The notes: generated by a model from the letters alone, not told the origin. 64,000 nucleotides of DNA from Longimicrobiales bacterium (GCA_965248195.1 CBDFIQ010000001.1:928001-992000), one strand, 5' to 3'. Shown: positions 9,281 through 20,039, numbered from the stretch's first letter. Numbers and translations: made by a program.

Positions 9281-10648
9281 CTACTTGTGAAGAGCTTCGT
9301 TGATCGTCTCGACGAGACAGTAGATGCCGAAGTCGACCTGTGCATCGCTCGACACGGCCGGCGGGGCGATCTGGACGACTTCCCCCCGACCACCTGCCGG
9401 TAGAACCAGAAGCCCCCGACCCAAAGCGGCCTCGGCGACGCGTGCGCCGACGCCCGGGGCAGGGCCGCCCTCCTCAGAGCCCAGCTCGATCCCGATGAGC
9501 AGCCCGCGGCCGCGAACCTGCCTCACGCCCGTCAGGGTCGAGAGAGCTTCATTCAAGCGGCCTACGATGCGCTCCCCAAGGTCGAGGCTGCGAGCAACGA
9601 GCTTCTCGCTCTCCAGAATGTCGAGGAACGCGAGTGCCGTCGCACAGGACAAGGGATGACCGAGGAAGGTGCTGGTATGCAGCGCCTCGCCCCCCGACTC
9701 GGGCCACGCATCCATGACCTCGCGGGATCCGAGGCAGGCGCTCAGCGGGAGCCCCCCACCGAGCGCCTTTCCGAGGCACACGAGATCCGGAAGGACCCCC
9801 TCGCGTTCATGCTCGAACACGACACCGGTGCGACCCAGCCCCGTGAAGATCTCATCGAAGATGAGGAGCGAACCATCCGCACGCGTCAACTCGGCGAGCC
9901 GGGCGAGGAAGCCCGAAGGAGGAATACGCACACCGGCCCGGCCCTGGACGGGCTCCACCACGACGGCGCCAACCGCCTGGCGGGGCTGATCCCCTTGCAC
10001 GGGGATACCCTCCGACAGCAGCCGTCGGACCTCGGCGAGCGCCACTTCCGCTTCCTCCTCCCGCTGGGGGAACGGTGCGAACGCCACCCCCTGGTGAACG
10101 CGGGCGCGAAACGGCTCCCTGAAGTCGGGGCGTGCCGTCACGGCGAGGCTGCCGACCGTGAGCCCATGGTACCCACCCTCGAACGCAATAATTCCAGAGC
10201 GGCCGGTGCTCAGCTCTGCCGTCTTCAGCGCTGCCTCCATCGCCTCCGAGCCCGACGAGCCGAGCACGGTCCTCGTTTCCTCCCAGGGAGCGAGCGCGCT
10301 CAGCCGCTCCAGTAATTCCAGCTTGAGTGCGGGGGGATGCACGTCTCCCATGCCATGGATCAGCCGCCCGGACTGTTCCGCCAACGCCCGCTGGATCCGG
10401 GGATGTCCGTGACCCGCGAAGGAGACCCCGAAGGCCGCCGTGAAGTCGACGTAGACGTTCCCGTCCACGTCTCGAACGTTGGAGCCCCGCGCTTCTTCCC
10501 AGAAGACCGGAAAGTCCTCGGACAGATACGTGACGTTACGGGACTCGACCGAGCGCAAGCGCCCCGCGAACGCACGTGAGCGTGGCCCGGGCGGTTGCGC
10601 CACCAGCGACGGTAGGATCGCACCGAAGGCGGACGTCGGGTCGGCCAC
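9281..10648 (-). CDS. Class III PLP aminotransferase (GabT/ArgD-like)
   Basis: EPVQG, FDEIFTGLGRTG, GKALGGG, HTSTFLG; GTG start just after the fabI stop. Confidence 0.9.
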   Translation of the reverse strand: MADPTSAFGAILPSLVAQPPGPRSRAFAGRLRSVESRNVTYLSEDFPVFWEEARGSNVRDVDGNVYVDFTAAFGVSFAGHGHPRIQRALAEQSGRLIHGMGDVHPPALKLELLERLSALAPWEETRTVLGSSGSEAMEAALKTAELSTGRSGIIAFEGGYHGLTVGSLAVTARPDFREPFRARVHQGVAFAPFPQREEEAEVALAEVRRLLSEGIPVQGDQPRQAVGAVVVEPVQGRAGVRIPPSGFLARLAELTRADGSLLIFDEIFTGLGRTGVVFEHEREGVLPDLVCLGKALGGGLPLSACLGSREVMDAWPESGGEALHTSTFLGHPLSCATALAFLDILESEKLVARSLDLGERIVGRLNEALSTLTGVRQVRGRGLLIGIELGSEEGGPAPGVGARVAEAALGRGLLVLPAGGRGEVVQIAPPAVSSDAQVDFGIYCLVETINEALHK

Positions 10649-10652
10649 GGAG

Positions 10653-11552
10653 CTACTCGCCTCCGAGTTGGTCCTCGGCGGGCATACCCATGGCGTGGTA
10701 GCCCATGTCCACGTGAAGGGTCTCGCCCGTGATCGCCGCACCCAAAGGTGAGCAAAGAAAAGCGGCCGCGTTCCCGACATGCTCAGCGGTGTTCACGTCG
10801 GGAAGGGGCGAATTCGCCTGATAGTAATCGACCATGCGATCGATCTTGCCGATCGCCTTGGCCGCCCGGCTCGCCAGCGGGCCGGCCGAAATCGTGTTGA
10901 CCCGGATACCCCAGCGCCGCCCGGCCTCGAACGCGAGCGTCCGTGTATCACTTTCCAGCGCAGCCTTCGCCGAGCTCATGCCTCCGCCATATCCCGGAAC
11001 CACCCGCTCGCCCGCGAGGTACGTCAGGGAGACCACCGCCCCGCCCTCCCGCATCAAGGGACCGAAGCGCTGGACCATGCTGACCATCGAGAATGCGCTG
11101 GCGCTCACGGCCTCCAGGTACCCGGCGCGGCTGGTTTCCACGAGCGGTTTCTGTACCTCGGGGCCGTTCGCCAGCGCATGGACCAGAATGTCCAGGCAAC
11201 TCTCCCCGAGTTCGTCCCTGAGGCTGTCGGCCACCTCCTGGATCGTATAACCAGAGAGGTTCCGGTATCTCTTGTCCTCTCGAATCTCCTCCGGCACATC
11301 CTCCGGGGTGTCGAACACCGCATCCAACGGGTGGATCTTCTCGAACTCGATTTCTCCTCCACCGGGAAGACTCAGATCGAACTTTCCGCGCTCCATACTC
11401 TTGATGAAAATGTTGAGCATGGGGGGCCAGGTGCCGACGCGCACCGACGCGCCGGCCTGCACGAGCGCCCGCACAATGGCCCAGCCGTACCCCTTGTTGT
11501 CCCCGACGCCCGCGACGAACGCCCTTTTCCCAGTCAGGTCGAGGGAAAGCAT
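10653..11552 (-). CDS. fabI: Enoyl-ACP reductase (plastid/chlamydial-type)
   Basis: [36 protein letters not shown] motifs. Confidence 0.92.
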   Translation of the reverse strand: MLSLDLTGKRAFVAGVGDNKGYGWAIVRALVQAGASVRVGTWPPMLNIFIKSMERGKFDLSLPGGGEIEFEKIHPLDAVFDTPEDVPEEIREDKRYRNLSGYTIQEVADSLRDELGESCLDILVHALANGPEVQKPLVETSRAGYLEAVSASAFSMVSMVQRFGPLMREGGAVVSLTYLAGERVVPGYGGGMSSAKAALESDTRTLAFEAGRRWGIRVNTISAGPLASRAAKAIGKIDRMVDYYQANSPLPDVNTAEHVGNAAAFLCSPLGAAITGETLHVDMGYHAMGMPAEDQLGGE

Positions 11553-11561
11553 TGTTCTATC

Positions 11562-12515
11562 CTATCCCAAAACGAAGGCGAGCAGAGCCAGGTAGGCGCT
11601 CAACAGGATGACCCCCTCCCTGCGCCGAATCACCAACCGGTGACGTACGATCGGCACCATCAGAACAGTGATGACCATCACGGCGGGAAACTCCAAGCGA
11701 AGCACCTCAGGGCTGAAGTCCAGTGGCGCGATGATCGATGTAACTCCCAGTACGCCCGCGATGTTGAAAACGTTCGAACCGAGGATATTACCCACCGCGA
11801 TGTCCGCCTCGTGCCTCAGGGCGGCAACCGCGCAGGTGGCGAGCTCGGGAAGCGAGGTGCCGATGGATACCAGAGTGAGACCGATCACCAGCTCCGAGAC
11901 CCCCATGGCCTCGGCAATCGCGACGGCGGACTCGCGGATCGCGAAGGCCCCCAGCACGAGGCCCGCAACGCCCAGGACGACGAAGGCTACGTCTCTCACG
12001 ATCGTCCGGGGGAGTAGGCCGATCGCCTTACGGGTGGCCTCCCTGTTCTCACGCGCGTCCGTGCCCTCCGTTTTGGCCGTGCGAAGAACGTAGCCGAGGT
12101 AGAAAACCAGCATCGTCACCAGCAGGAGGCCCTCGAGGCGCCCGATGTGGTGGTCCCAAATCAGCGGAAGGAGCGCAGCCGTGATGAAGAACATCACGGC
12201 CACCTCCCTCGTCACGACCTGCGCGGAGACGCGCAGAGGCCGCAGGATCGCGCTGATCCCCAGGACGAGGCCGACATTCGCCAGGTTCGATCCCATCACG
12301 TTACCGATGGCGAGATCAGGGTTGCCGCCCAGGGACGCTACGACGGAGATCACGAGCTCGGGAGCCGACGTGCCCATGGAGACGACCGTGAGACCCACGA
12401 CGATCGGGCTCACGCCGAGCGATGCCGCGAGCCTCGCACTGCCACGGACGAGCCATTCGGCCCCGAAATACAGGACGCCGACACCCCCGAGAAAGAGCAG
12501 GATCTCACGCGTCAT
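11562..12515 (-). CDS. Ca2+/Na+ antiporter (YrbG/CaCA family)
   Basis: Duplicated GTSxPE and GNxxGSN alpha repeats. Confidence 0.92.
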   Translation of the reverse strand: MTREILLFLGGVGVLYFGAEWLVRGSARLAASLGVSPIVVGLTVVSMGTSAPELVISVVASLGGNPDLAIGNVMGSNLANVGLVLGISAILRPLRVSAQVVTREVAVMFFITAALLPLIWDHHIGRLEGLLLVTMLVFYLGYVLRTAKTEGTDARENREATRKAIGLLPRTIVRDVAFVVLGVAGLVLGAFAIRESAVAIAEAMGVSELVIGLTLVSIGTSLPELATCAVAALRHEADIAVGNILGSNVFNIAGVLGVTSIIAPLDFSPEVLRLEFPAVMVITVLMVPIVRHRLVIRRREGVILLSAYLALLAFVLG

Positions 12516-14284
12516 GCGCTCGTCCCCTCACGGCGGTTGAGCCACCCCCGCATCTCCTTCAGCGTCATCGTGTTCAGTACGTCTCCCTTGTTCAGCCAAG
12601 CCCGCCGCGCCTGATCCACCCCATAAGACATATGGTCCAGCCGCTGGACCGAATGAGCATCGGTACTGATGCAGACCTTCACCCCCAACTCCTTCGCCCG
12701 GTGGGCATGCACGTCGCTTAAATCGAGCCGATTCGGATTCGCGTTGATTTCAACGGCGACGTCCAGATCCCGCGCCGCCTGTAACACTTCTTCCATTTCG
12801 ATCTGAAACGGCTCCCTCCGGGCGAGAAGGCGCCCGGTGGGGTGGGCGAGGATGTCCACCTGCGGATGCTGTATCGCCGTGATGACCCGATCCGTCATCG
12901 CAACCCGATCCATATCCATGAGCGAGTGCACGGAAACCAGCACCAGATCCAATGACTCGAGGACCTCGTCGGTCATGTCGAGATCCCCGTCCCGGAGAAT
13001 ATCCACCTCCAAGCTGTTCAAAATCGTGATCCCGTCCAGCCCCTTCTGAACTCGGGCGATCTCTTCCCACTGATCCGGGGCCCTTTCCGGCGTGATGCCG
13101 CCGACCATGGCCAGCGCCGGGCTGTGGTCGCTCATGGCCAGATACCGATACCCTCGGGCCTTGCACGCCTGGGCCATCTCGTCGATTGAAGCCTTGCCGT
13201 CGCTCCACGTCGAATGCATGTGGAGATCACCCTGGATATCCTCCAGGGTCACGAGATCCGGCAGCGAGTTTGCGCGTGCCGCCTCCACCTCGCCCCGGTT
13301 CTCACGCAGAACGGGTGGCACCCATGCCAAGCCGAGGGTGTCGAAAACGGACTCCTCGGTCCCACCCGCGACGCGTTCACCCTCTTCCTTGCCCACCTCT
13401 TCAGGGTCTACTCCCTCCGGCATTCGGAACACGCCCCACTCGTTCACACGGAGGCCTTGGCGCTGCGCGATCTGGCGAACGGCGACGTTGTGCTCCTTGG
13501 ATCCAGTGAAGTAATGGAGCGCGGCTCCGAACGAGCGGTCGGGAATCACGCGGAGGTCGACCTCCAGCCCCGAGCGGAGCACGACGCTCCCACGCGTGTC
13601 CCCGGCCGATACGACCCGCTCCACCGACCCGAACGCCGTGAAGTGCTCCATGAGGGCCGGAGCCGGCAACTCCGCCTGAACGAGCAGGTCGACGTCCCCG
13701 ATGGTCTCCTTGCGGCGCCGGTAGCTTCCAGCCACCTCGATGCGCTCCACGCCCGGGCCCTCTCCCATGTGCGTCAGGAGCGGACCGATCAGCTGGTCCA
13801 CCTGCGAGATGAGAAAGCGGCCGGAATAACGCCGGAGATCCTCTATGGAGGTGAGGATCTTTCCCACGCTGGTCACGCCGAACCCCTCGAGGCTCTCGAC
13901 GTGGCCCGCCTTCAAGGCGGCCTCCAGCTCGTCCACGGTCGTGATCCCCAAAGACTCCCATAACTTCTTGGCCTTCTTGGGCCCCACCCCATCGAGCTTC
14001 ACTAGCTGTACGAGAGATCTCGGAACTTCGGCCGATACCTCAGCCAAACGAGCGAGTCCACCGGTCTGGACGAGCTCGACGATGTGGGCGGACAGATCCT
14101 TGCCGATGGCGGGCAGCTCGGTCAGATCCTCTCCTGCATCCACCATGGCCGAGAGAGGCCGTGTGAGCCCCCGTACGGTGCGGACCGCATTGCGATAGGC
14201 CCGGATACGAAAGGGATTCGACCCGTTGATCTCCAACAGATCCCCGAGTTCCTCGAGGACACCCGCGATCTCGATATTCTCCAC
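12512..14284 (-). CDS. polX: DNA polymerase X / PHP-domain exonuclease
   Basis: HhH motifs, GSYRR, GDVD, FTGSKEHN, PHP DLHMHSTWSDG and STDAH. Confidence 0.95.
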   Translation of the reverse strand: MENIEIAGVLEELGDLLEINGSNPFRIRAYRNAVRTVRGLTRPLSAMVDAGEDLTELPAIGKDLSAHIVELVQTGGLARLAEVSAEVPRSLVQLVKLDGVGPKKAKKLWESLGITTVDELEAALKAGHVESLEGFGVTSVGKILTSIEDLRRYSGRFLISQVDQLIGPLLTHMGEGPGVERIEVAGSYRRRKETIGDVDLLVQAELPAPALMEHFTAFGSVERVVSAGDTRGSVVLRSGLEVDLRVIPDRSFGAALHYFTGSKEHNVAVRQIAQRQGLRVNEWGVFRMPEGVDPEEVGKEEGERVAGGTEESVFDTLGLAWVPPVLRENRGEVEAARANSLPDLVTLEDIQGDLHMHSTWSDGKASIDEMAQACKARGYRYLAMSDHSPALAMVGGITPERAPDQWEEIARVQKGLDGITILNSLEVDILRDGDLDMTDEVLESLDLVLVSVHSLMDMDRVAMTDRVITAIQHPQVDILAHPTGRLLARREPFQIEMEEVLQAARDLDVAVEINANPNRLDLSDVHAHRAKELGVKVCISTDAHSVQRLDHMSYGVDQARRAWLNKGDVLNTMTLKEMRGWLNRREGTSA

Positions 14285-14289
14285 GGCGA

Positions 14290-16335
14290 CTACAACGCCC
14301 CCGCGTTCTGGAGCACACTCACGAAGTCTTCTTCGCTCAGAATCTCAACGCCGAGATCGCGGCCCTTCTGGAGCTTGGACCCGGGGTCCGCCCCGGCCAC
14401 CACGTACGTCGTCTCTCCGCTCACCGAGCCCACGACCCGTCCGCCGTTGTCCTCGATCAAGCGCTTCGCGTCCGGGCGAGAGAAGCGCTCGAGGCCCCCG
14501 GTGAAAACAAACCTCATGCCGGCAAGCCCCTTGCCGCCCGCCTGCTCGGGCGGCAGCAGAGCGTTCATGTAACCGAGGACCGCTGCGATACGCTCACGAT
14601 TTCGTTCGTCGTCGAGGAAGGCCCTGATCTGCGCCGACATGATCGGTCCGATCCCGTCGACCGCTTCGAGTTGCTCGACAGTGGCTTCTTGGATGTTGTC
14701 GAAGGACCGGAATTCCGCCGCGAGCGCCGCCGCGACCGTCGTTCCCACCTCGGGGATCCCGAGACCATAGAGAAAGCGGGCGAGCCCCACCGTCCTCTTT
14801 TCCTCGATCGCTCGGGCGAGGTTCGCCGCAGACGTTTCGGCGAATCCCTCCAGCGGCTCGATGTCCGCCGCCGTGAGCTTGAAAAGATCAGCAAGCTCCT
14901 TTACGAGACCACGATCTACGAGAAGCGTAGCCGTCTCCTCTCCCAACCCCTCGATGTCGAGACCCGCCCTGGATCCGAAGTGGGTGAGTCCTCTCTTGAG
15001 CTGGGCCATACAGCCGAACCGGTTTGGGCAATAGGTGAACGGGCCGTTCTCCTGAACGGGCGTATCGCAGGCGGGGCAGCGCGTCGGCATCTGGAAGACC
15101 GCCGCACGCTTCCGCCCATTCTCCGGTACACGTTCCACGACCTGTGGGATCACGTCGCCGGCACGCTGGACCCGGACGAGGTCCCCTTGGCGGATGTCCT
15201 TCCGAGCGACCTCTTCCCGATTGTGCAGTGAGGCACGCGAGACGGTGACGCCCCCGACCTCGACAGGCCTCAACAGCGCCACGGGTGTGAGCTTCCCAGT
15301 ACGACCCACGGAGACCGCGATCTTCTCGATGCGTGTGATCTCCTTGCGTGGCTCGAATTTGTATGCCAGAGCCCAACGAGGGTGGTGTGAAGTGGCTCCT
15401 AGGTCGGCACGGGCATCCAGGTGGTCGAGTTTGATGACCACGCCGTCAATCTCATAGTCGAGATCGTCCCGATCCGCGGCGAACGCTCCGTGATATTCGA
15501 GAATCTCCTCGACCGTCGCGGCGAGCGTTACGCGCTCCGGCGTCCTGAACCCCCATTCCCGTAGCGCACGCACCGCCTCGGAATCCGAGGTCAACTGCGC
15601 CCCGCGGACCATGAGGATGTCGTACGCCAAAAGGTCGAGCGGCCTCTCGGCGGTCAGGCGGGAGTCGAGTTGTCGAAGGAAGCCGGACGCCGAGTTGCGT
15701 GGGTTCACATAGGGCTCCGAGCCCCGCTCGACCATCCGCTCGTTGAGCGCCTCGAACGCCGAGAGAGACATGAGTACCTCCCCCCGAACGGCCAGCAGCT
15801 CCGGCGCCGGCCGGTCGGCTTCGCGAAGTCGCAAGGGAAGGCTCGGAATGGTTCTTATGTTCTCGGTGACCACCTCCCCGACGCGGCCATTTCCGCGGGT
15901 CACGGCCCGTGAGAACAGTCCTTCCTCATACACGAGCTCGATGGATGCACCATCCAGCTTCGGCTCGAGTACGTATCGGGGCTCGTCATCGAGCGCCTTT
16001 CGCACACGTTCGTCGAAGCGTTGCACCTCGGCGGGATCCTGGGTCGAATCCAACGACAGCATCGGAACGGTGTGCTCCGCGTTGGGAAACGCACTTTGAG
16101 GCTCCGCACCCACGCGCTGGGTCGGGGAATCCACGGTGATCAGGTCGGGGTGGAAGGCCTCCAGGGCCTGAAGCTCGACGAAGATCCGATCGTACTCCCG
16201 ATCGTCGATCTCCGGACGCGACTCCACGTGATACAGGTAGGAATGCCGTCGAAGCTCGCCACGCATCCGCTCCAGGCGTCGAGCCACATCCTCCGCGTCT
16301 GCATCGTCGGGCCTGTCCGGCCGTTTCGTGGTCAA
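14290..16335 (-). CDS. ligA: NAD-dependent DNA ligase
   Basis: KLDG, TRGNG, EIDGVVIK, AGDVIP, C4 zinc finger, BRCT. Confidence 0.97.
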   Translation of the reverse strand: MTTKRPDRPDDADAEDVARRLERMRGELRRHSYLYHVESRPEIDDREYDRIFVELQALEAFHPDLITVDSPTQRVGAEPQSAFPNAEHTVPMLSLDSTQDPAEVQRFDERVRKALDDEPRYVLEPKLDGASIELVYEEGLFSRAVTRGNGRVGEVVTENIRTIPSLPLRLREADRPAPELLAVRGEVLMSLSAFEALNERMVERGSEPYVNPRNSASGFLRQLDSRLTAERPLDLLAYDILMVRGAQLTSDSEAVRALREWGFRTPERVTLAATVEEILEYHGAFAADRDDLDYEIDGVVIKLDHLDARADLGATSHHPRWALAYKFEPRKEITRIEKIAVSVGRTGKLTPVALLRPVEVGGVTVSRASLHNREEVARKDIRQGDLVRVQRAGDVIPQVVERVPENGRKRAAVFQMPTRCPACDTPVQENGPFTYCPNRFGCMAQLKRGLTHFGSRAGLDIEGLGEETATLLVDRGLVKELADLFKLTAADIEPLEGFAETSAANLARAIEEKRTVGLARFLYGLGIPEVGTTVAAALAAEFRSFDNIQEATVEQLEAVDGIGPIMSAQIRAFLDDERNRERIAAVLGYMNALLPPEQAGGKGLAGMRFVFTGGLERFSRPDAKRLIEDNGGRVVGSVSGETTYVVAGADPGSKLQKGRDLGVEILSEEDFVSVLQNAGAL

Positions 16336-16499
16336 GGAAGCTCCATTTACGCTCTCTCAGGACACCCCGAACGTGGTTTGAGCCTTGTAACGTGGCGAAT
16401 GGAAGCGGACCCGTACAGCCCTGGCGAGGGCCGATGCGGGACCGTATATCAGGGTTTCCGCGCCCCCTCTCAGACGGTTTCAGAAATGATGATCGGGAC

Positions 16500-17687
16500 A
16501 TGACGCCCCTCGATATCGATCGGCTCCGGGCCGAAACGCCGGGCACGCGAACCGTAAATCATCTGAACAACGCCGGGGCGAGCCTCGTGCCCGATCCCGT
16601 GCGAAAGATCGTTCTCGAGCACCTGGATCTCGAGGCGCGAATCGGGGGCTACGAGGCCGAAGCCGCTCGCCATTCGGAGCTCCAGTCCGTCTATGACTCG
16701 GTAGGCACGCTCATCGGAGCCGATCCCCAGAACGTGGCGATCACCGATAACGCGACGGGGGCCTTCATCCAAGCGCTCTCCGCCGTTCCGTTCGCCCCGG
16801 GCGACGTCGTTCTCACCACGCGGAACGATTATGTGTCCAACCAGATCATGTTCCTCTCGCTCGCCTCGCGTTTTGGTATCGAGGTCGTGCGAGCGCCGGA
16901 CGAGCCCGCCGGCGGAGTAAACGTACGGGCCCTCGAAAAGCTCGCCCACAGGCGGCGGCCCAAGCTCATCTCCGTCACGCAGGTTCCGATGACTTCGGGC
17001 CTCGTTCAGCCCGTTGCCGAAATCGGCGCCATCTGCCGCGAACGCGAGATCCTCTACCTGGTCGACGCGTGTCAGTCGGTTGGCCAGATGCCCATCGATG
17101 TCCAAGACATCGGGTGCGACTTCTTGACTGCGACGTCACGCAAGTTTCTGCGCGGGCCGCGCGGCGTCGGTTTCCTGTATGTCTCCGACCGTGCTCTCGA
17201 GCTTGGGCTGGAGCCGCTCTTTCCCGACCTCCGAGGGGCCGACTGGATCGAAGGAGATCTCTACCAACCCGTTCCCGGCGCCCAGCGCTTCGAGAACTTC
17301 GAGGCGCCGGTGGCAATGGTACTGGGCATGGGACGCGCGGCCCAATACGCACAGGATCTGGGCCTCGAGGTAATTCGGGAGCGTGCCTGGACCCTCGCCG
17401 AATCGATGCGGGAACGTCTCGCCGAGTTGGATGGTGTGCGCGTTCACGACAAGGGGGCGGAGCGTTGCGCAATCGTGACGGTGTCCACCGAGGGACACCA
17501 TCCCCTGGACCTTCTGCGCGCACTCAGAAAGGAGGGCATCAATACGTCACGCGCCGGGCGAGACGCAGCCGTCCTCGACTTCGAGGACAAGGGTGTGGAC
17601 CAGGTGCTCCGGATTTCGCCCCACTACTACAACACGGACGAGGAGATCGTCACTTTCGTCGACGCGCTGTCGCGCCTCATGAGCTGA
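16500..17687 (+). CDS. Class V PLP enzyme (cysteine desulfurase / EgtE-like C-S lyase)
   Basis: LNNAGASL, DACQSVG, TSRKFLRGPRG, RISPHYYN. Confidence 0.85.
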   Translation: MTPLDIDRLRAETPGTRTVNHLNNAGASLVPDPVRKIVLEHLDLEARIGGYEAEAARHSELQSVYDSVGTLIGADPQNVAITDNATGAFIQALSAVPFAPGDVVLTTRNDYVSNQIMFLSLASRFGIEVVRAPDEPAGGVNVRALEKLAHRRRPKLISVTQVPMTSGLVQPVAEIGAICREREILYLVDACQSVGQMPIDVQDIGCDFLTATSRKFLRGPRGVGFLYVSDRALELGLEPLFPDLRGADWIEGDLYQPVPGAQRFENFEAPVAMVLGMGRAAQYAQDLGLEVIRERAWTLAESMRERLAELDGVRVHDKGAERCAIVTVSTEGHHPLDLLRALRKEGINTSRAGRDAAVLDFEDKGVDQVLRISPHYYNTDEEIVTFVDALSRLMS

Positions 17688-17743
17688 GGATGAAGGTAAT
17701 TTGACTGGCCGTCGTACGCATTCAGGCAAGGAGCGAAAAGGCG

Positions 17744-18301
17744 TTGCAACCGGAGGTCGAACGCGAAGTGGTCCGAATGTCCAAGTCGGGGGACACTCGA
17801 TCGTATGAGCCCTTAGTGCGAGCCTATGAGGGCCCGGGGCTCCGCCTGGCCGTGGGTATGCTCGGCAGCCTCGACGAGGCGAGGGACGCGCTACAGGATG
17901 CGTTCATCAAAGCATGGGAATCCCTTCACCGGTTCGACCTCAAGCGACCGTTCGGCCCCTGGTTCTTTCAAATTTTGCGTAATCAGTGGCGTGACGTGAT
18001 CCGAAGCCACCAATCGCACGAACGTCACGAGGTGCGCGACGAGCAGATCGAGATCCGCCCCGCCGGATCCTCTACCGATCCGGCTCGACTCCATGAGCGA
18101 AGTGAGGCCAGCCTGATTCTCTGGGGGGCACTCAACGCCCTAGCCGATGATCATCGCGAAATCCTGGTTCTCAAAGAGCTTCAGGGGTTTCGCTACTCCG
18201 AGATCGCCGACATCCTGGAGGGCACCGTGGCCAGTCGTCTCTATCATGCACGCGACGCTCTCCGTGAGGCACTGGTCGCGACGAACGCGGAGTACCCGTG
18301 A
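17744..18301 (+). CDS. ECF sigma-70 factor (short deletion in region 4)
   Basis: DALQDAFIKAW, FGPWFFQILRN, YSEIADIL-GTVASRL. Confidence 0.88.
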   Translation: MQPEVEREVVRMSKSGDTRSYEPLVRAYEGPGLRLAVGMLGSLDEARDALQDAFIKAWESLHRFDLKRPFGPWFFQILRNQWRDVIRSHQSHERHEVRDEQIEIRPAGSSTDPARLHERSEASLILWGALNALADDHREILVLKELQGFRYSEIADILEGTVASRLYHARDALREALVATNAEYP

Positions 18302-18332
18302 CCCCCACGGATGCCCCGAGGAGGAAAGTGTA

Positions 18333-18755
18333 ATGAGTGAGCGAATGAGCCACGCAGGCCTCATGCGTTATCTCGACGGAGAGGCGGCCCCCGAGGAGCG
18401 GGCTCGAATCGATGCCGCGCTGGCGGACTCGACCGAGCTCCGGAGAGACCTCACGATTTTTCGAACCATGAAGAGTGATCTACAAGCCATGACCTTCGGT
18501 CTCGCCAACGATCACTCGGTATGGGGCGTGGTACACCGGCGCATTACGCGGCCGCTCGGATGGATTCTGCTCTCGGTTGGGTTCCTGTCTTGGATCCTGT
18601 ACGGATCCTACCTTTACCTCGTTTCCGCGATCGACCTCTGGGAAAAGCTTGCGACCTCCGCGATCGGCCTGGGGATTCTCTTTCTCTTGGGGACCGTCAT
18701 CTACGAGCGGCGCAAGGAGTGGCTCACGGACCCCTACCGAAGCGTCTACCGATGA
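18333..18755 (+). CDS. Putative membrane anti-sigma factor
   Basis: LMRYLDGE N-terminal motif, two TM helices, directly follows the ECF sigma. Confidence 0.7.
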   Translation: MSERMSHAGLMRYLDGEAAPEERARIDAALADSTELRRDLTIFRTMKSDLQAMTFGLANDHSVWGVVHRRITRPLGWILLSVGFLSWILYGSYLYLVSAIDLWEKLATSAIGLGILFLLGTVIYERRKEWLTDPYRSVYR

Positions 18756-19075
18756 TCGTTGTGACCACAGCTGAAATCTCGGGCAAACGCATCGTGCGTA
18801 CGCTGGGGCTCGTTAGAGGGAATACGATCCGTGCGCGCCACCTGGGGAAGGATATCTTGGCGATCCTTCGTAATGTGGCCGGGGGCGAGATCCACGAGTA
18901 TACGAAGATGCTCGCCGAAGCCCGTGAACAGGCGATCGACCGCCTCCTCGAAGACGCCGAGCGGTTGGGTGCAAACGCGGTGGTCTGCATGCGCTTCCAG
19001 ACGTCCATGATTCAGTCCGGCGCCGCGGAAATGCTCTGCTACGGCACCGCGGTAATCGTCGAACCCGACGGCTGA
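18752..19075 (+). CDS. YbjQ/UPF0145 family protein
   Basis: GLVRGNTIRAR, GGEIHEY, GANAVV, YGTAV. Confidence 0.92.
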   Translation: MIVVTTAEISGKRIVRTLGLVRGNTIRARHLGKDILAILRNVAGGEIHEYTKMLAEAREQAIDRLLEDAERLGANAVVCMRFQTSMIQSGAAEMLCYGTAVIVEPDG

Positions 19076-19944
19076 GGCCCTGCAAGCGCCGCGCGAGTCG
19101 CCCGATATCCCTCCTCGATGAAGAAGTGGCGCCTGCTGAAGTCGAACCCGTCGGTGTCTTCGAAGTCCGGTTGCACGTACGTGAGTGGAACGCCGGTCCA
19201 GTTCCGTACCGACTCCCTTTTCATGTGGCCGGCCATGATGGAGAAGATCCTCTGATGAACGTCGACCAGGCCCCCGTCCACCACGGTCCGAGCGTCGGCC
19301 TGCGGGCCGGCGCCGACATCGATCGCAATGATCCGGGTGGCGCCCAGCTCGGCGGCTTTCCCGAGAGGGAGCATTTCCAAAGCGCCCCCATCGACGAGCA
19401 TTCGCCCCCCTACCTCGGCGGGAGGGAAAAGAACCGGTAGCGCCGCCGATGCATAAACAGAATCGACGAGGGTCACGTCCATGTCGCCCCCGTGACCGAA
19501 CCAGACCATCTCGCCCGACGCCAAGTCCACCGCGTTCACGATCAGCGGGAGGGTCAGCTCACGCCAATGCTCGGTCGGGAGAAGGTCCCGGATGAACTGC
19601 CGGAGCGTGTCACCCCGGAACATGCTCGGGGATCGAATCCCGTTAACCCATAAAACGCGGCGGTTTACTCTCATGACGTCGCGTCGCCGGAAGCGTCGGG
19701 AGCGCTCCTCCATTTCCTCGACGGTTCGCCCCCCGGCAAGGGCGGCCCCCATCATCGCCCCGGTACTGGTACCGACGATCCCGGCCACGGGAATCTCAGC
19801 CTCCTGGATCGCCCTCCAAGCCCCAACATGCGCGAACCCCTTGGCCGCGCCACCACCCATGATGACCCAGGTTTGAGAATCGAGCCCCGGACCGTTCCCA
19901 GACAGCGGGTTAGAGTCCCTCACGCCCTCGGACCATCCATGCAA
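19039..19944 (-). CDS. Patatin-like phospholipase
   Basis: GGGAAKG, GTSTG, DGG motifs; start uncertain. Confidence 0.9.
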   Translation of the reverse strand: MHGWSEGVRDSNPLSGNGPGLDSQTWVIMGGGAAKGFAHVGAWRAIQEAEIPVAGIVGTSTGAMMGAALAGGRTVEEMEERSRRFRRRDVMRVNRRVLWVNGIRSPSMFRGDTLRQFIRDLLPTEHWRELTLPLIVNAVDLASGEMVWFGHGGDMDVTLVDSVYASAALPVLFPPAEVGGRMLVDGGALEMLPLGKAAELGATRIIAIDVGAGPQADARTVVDGGLVDVHQRIFSIMAGHMKRESVRNWTGVPLTYVQPDFEDTDGFDFSRRHFFIEEGYRATRAALAGPQPSGSTITAVP

Positions 19945-19955
19945 TCGTTCCTCGC

Positions 19956-20010
19956 TTGACGGTATGTTACCGCCATTCTAGCTTTGTTCTAAATGAGAAT
20001 CATTCTTAAT
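19956..20010 (+). promoter_or_regulatory. Sigma70-type promoter and Fur/PerR-like box upstream of sufC
   Basis: TTGACG-N17-TAGCTT, then 7-1-7 palindrome TGAGAAT-C-ATTCTTA (19994-20008). Confidence 0.65.
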
Positions 20011-20039
20011 AAGGTCTCTTACAGCAGCTTTCTTTTCCC

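Noticed and set aside
16500..17687. Ergothioneine biosynthesis locus (egtE-like)
   Set aside because: No egtB/egtD nearby; class V motifs alone do not fix the substrate.
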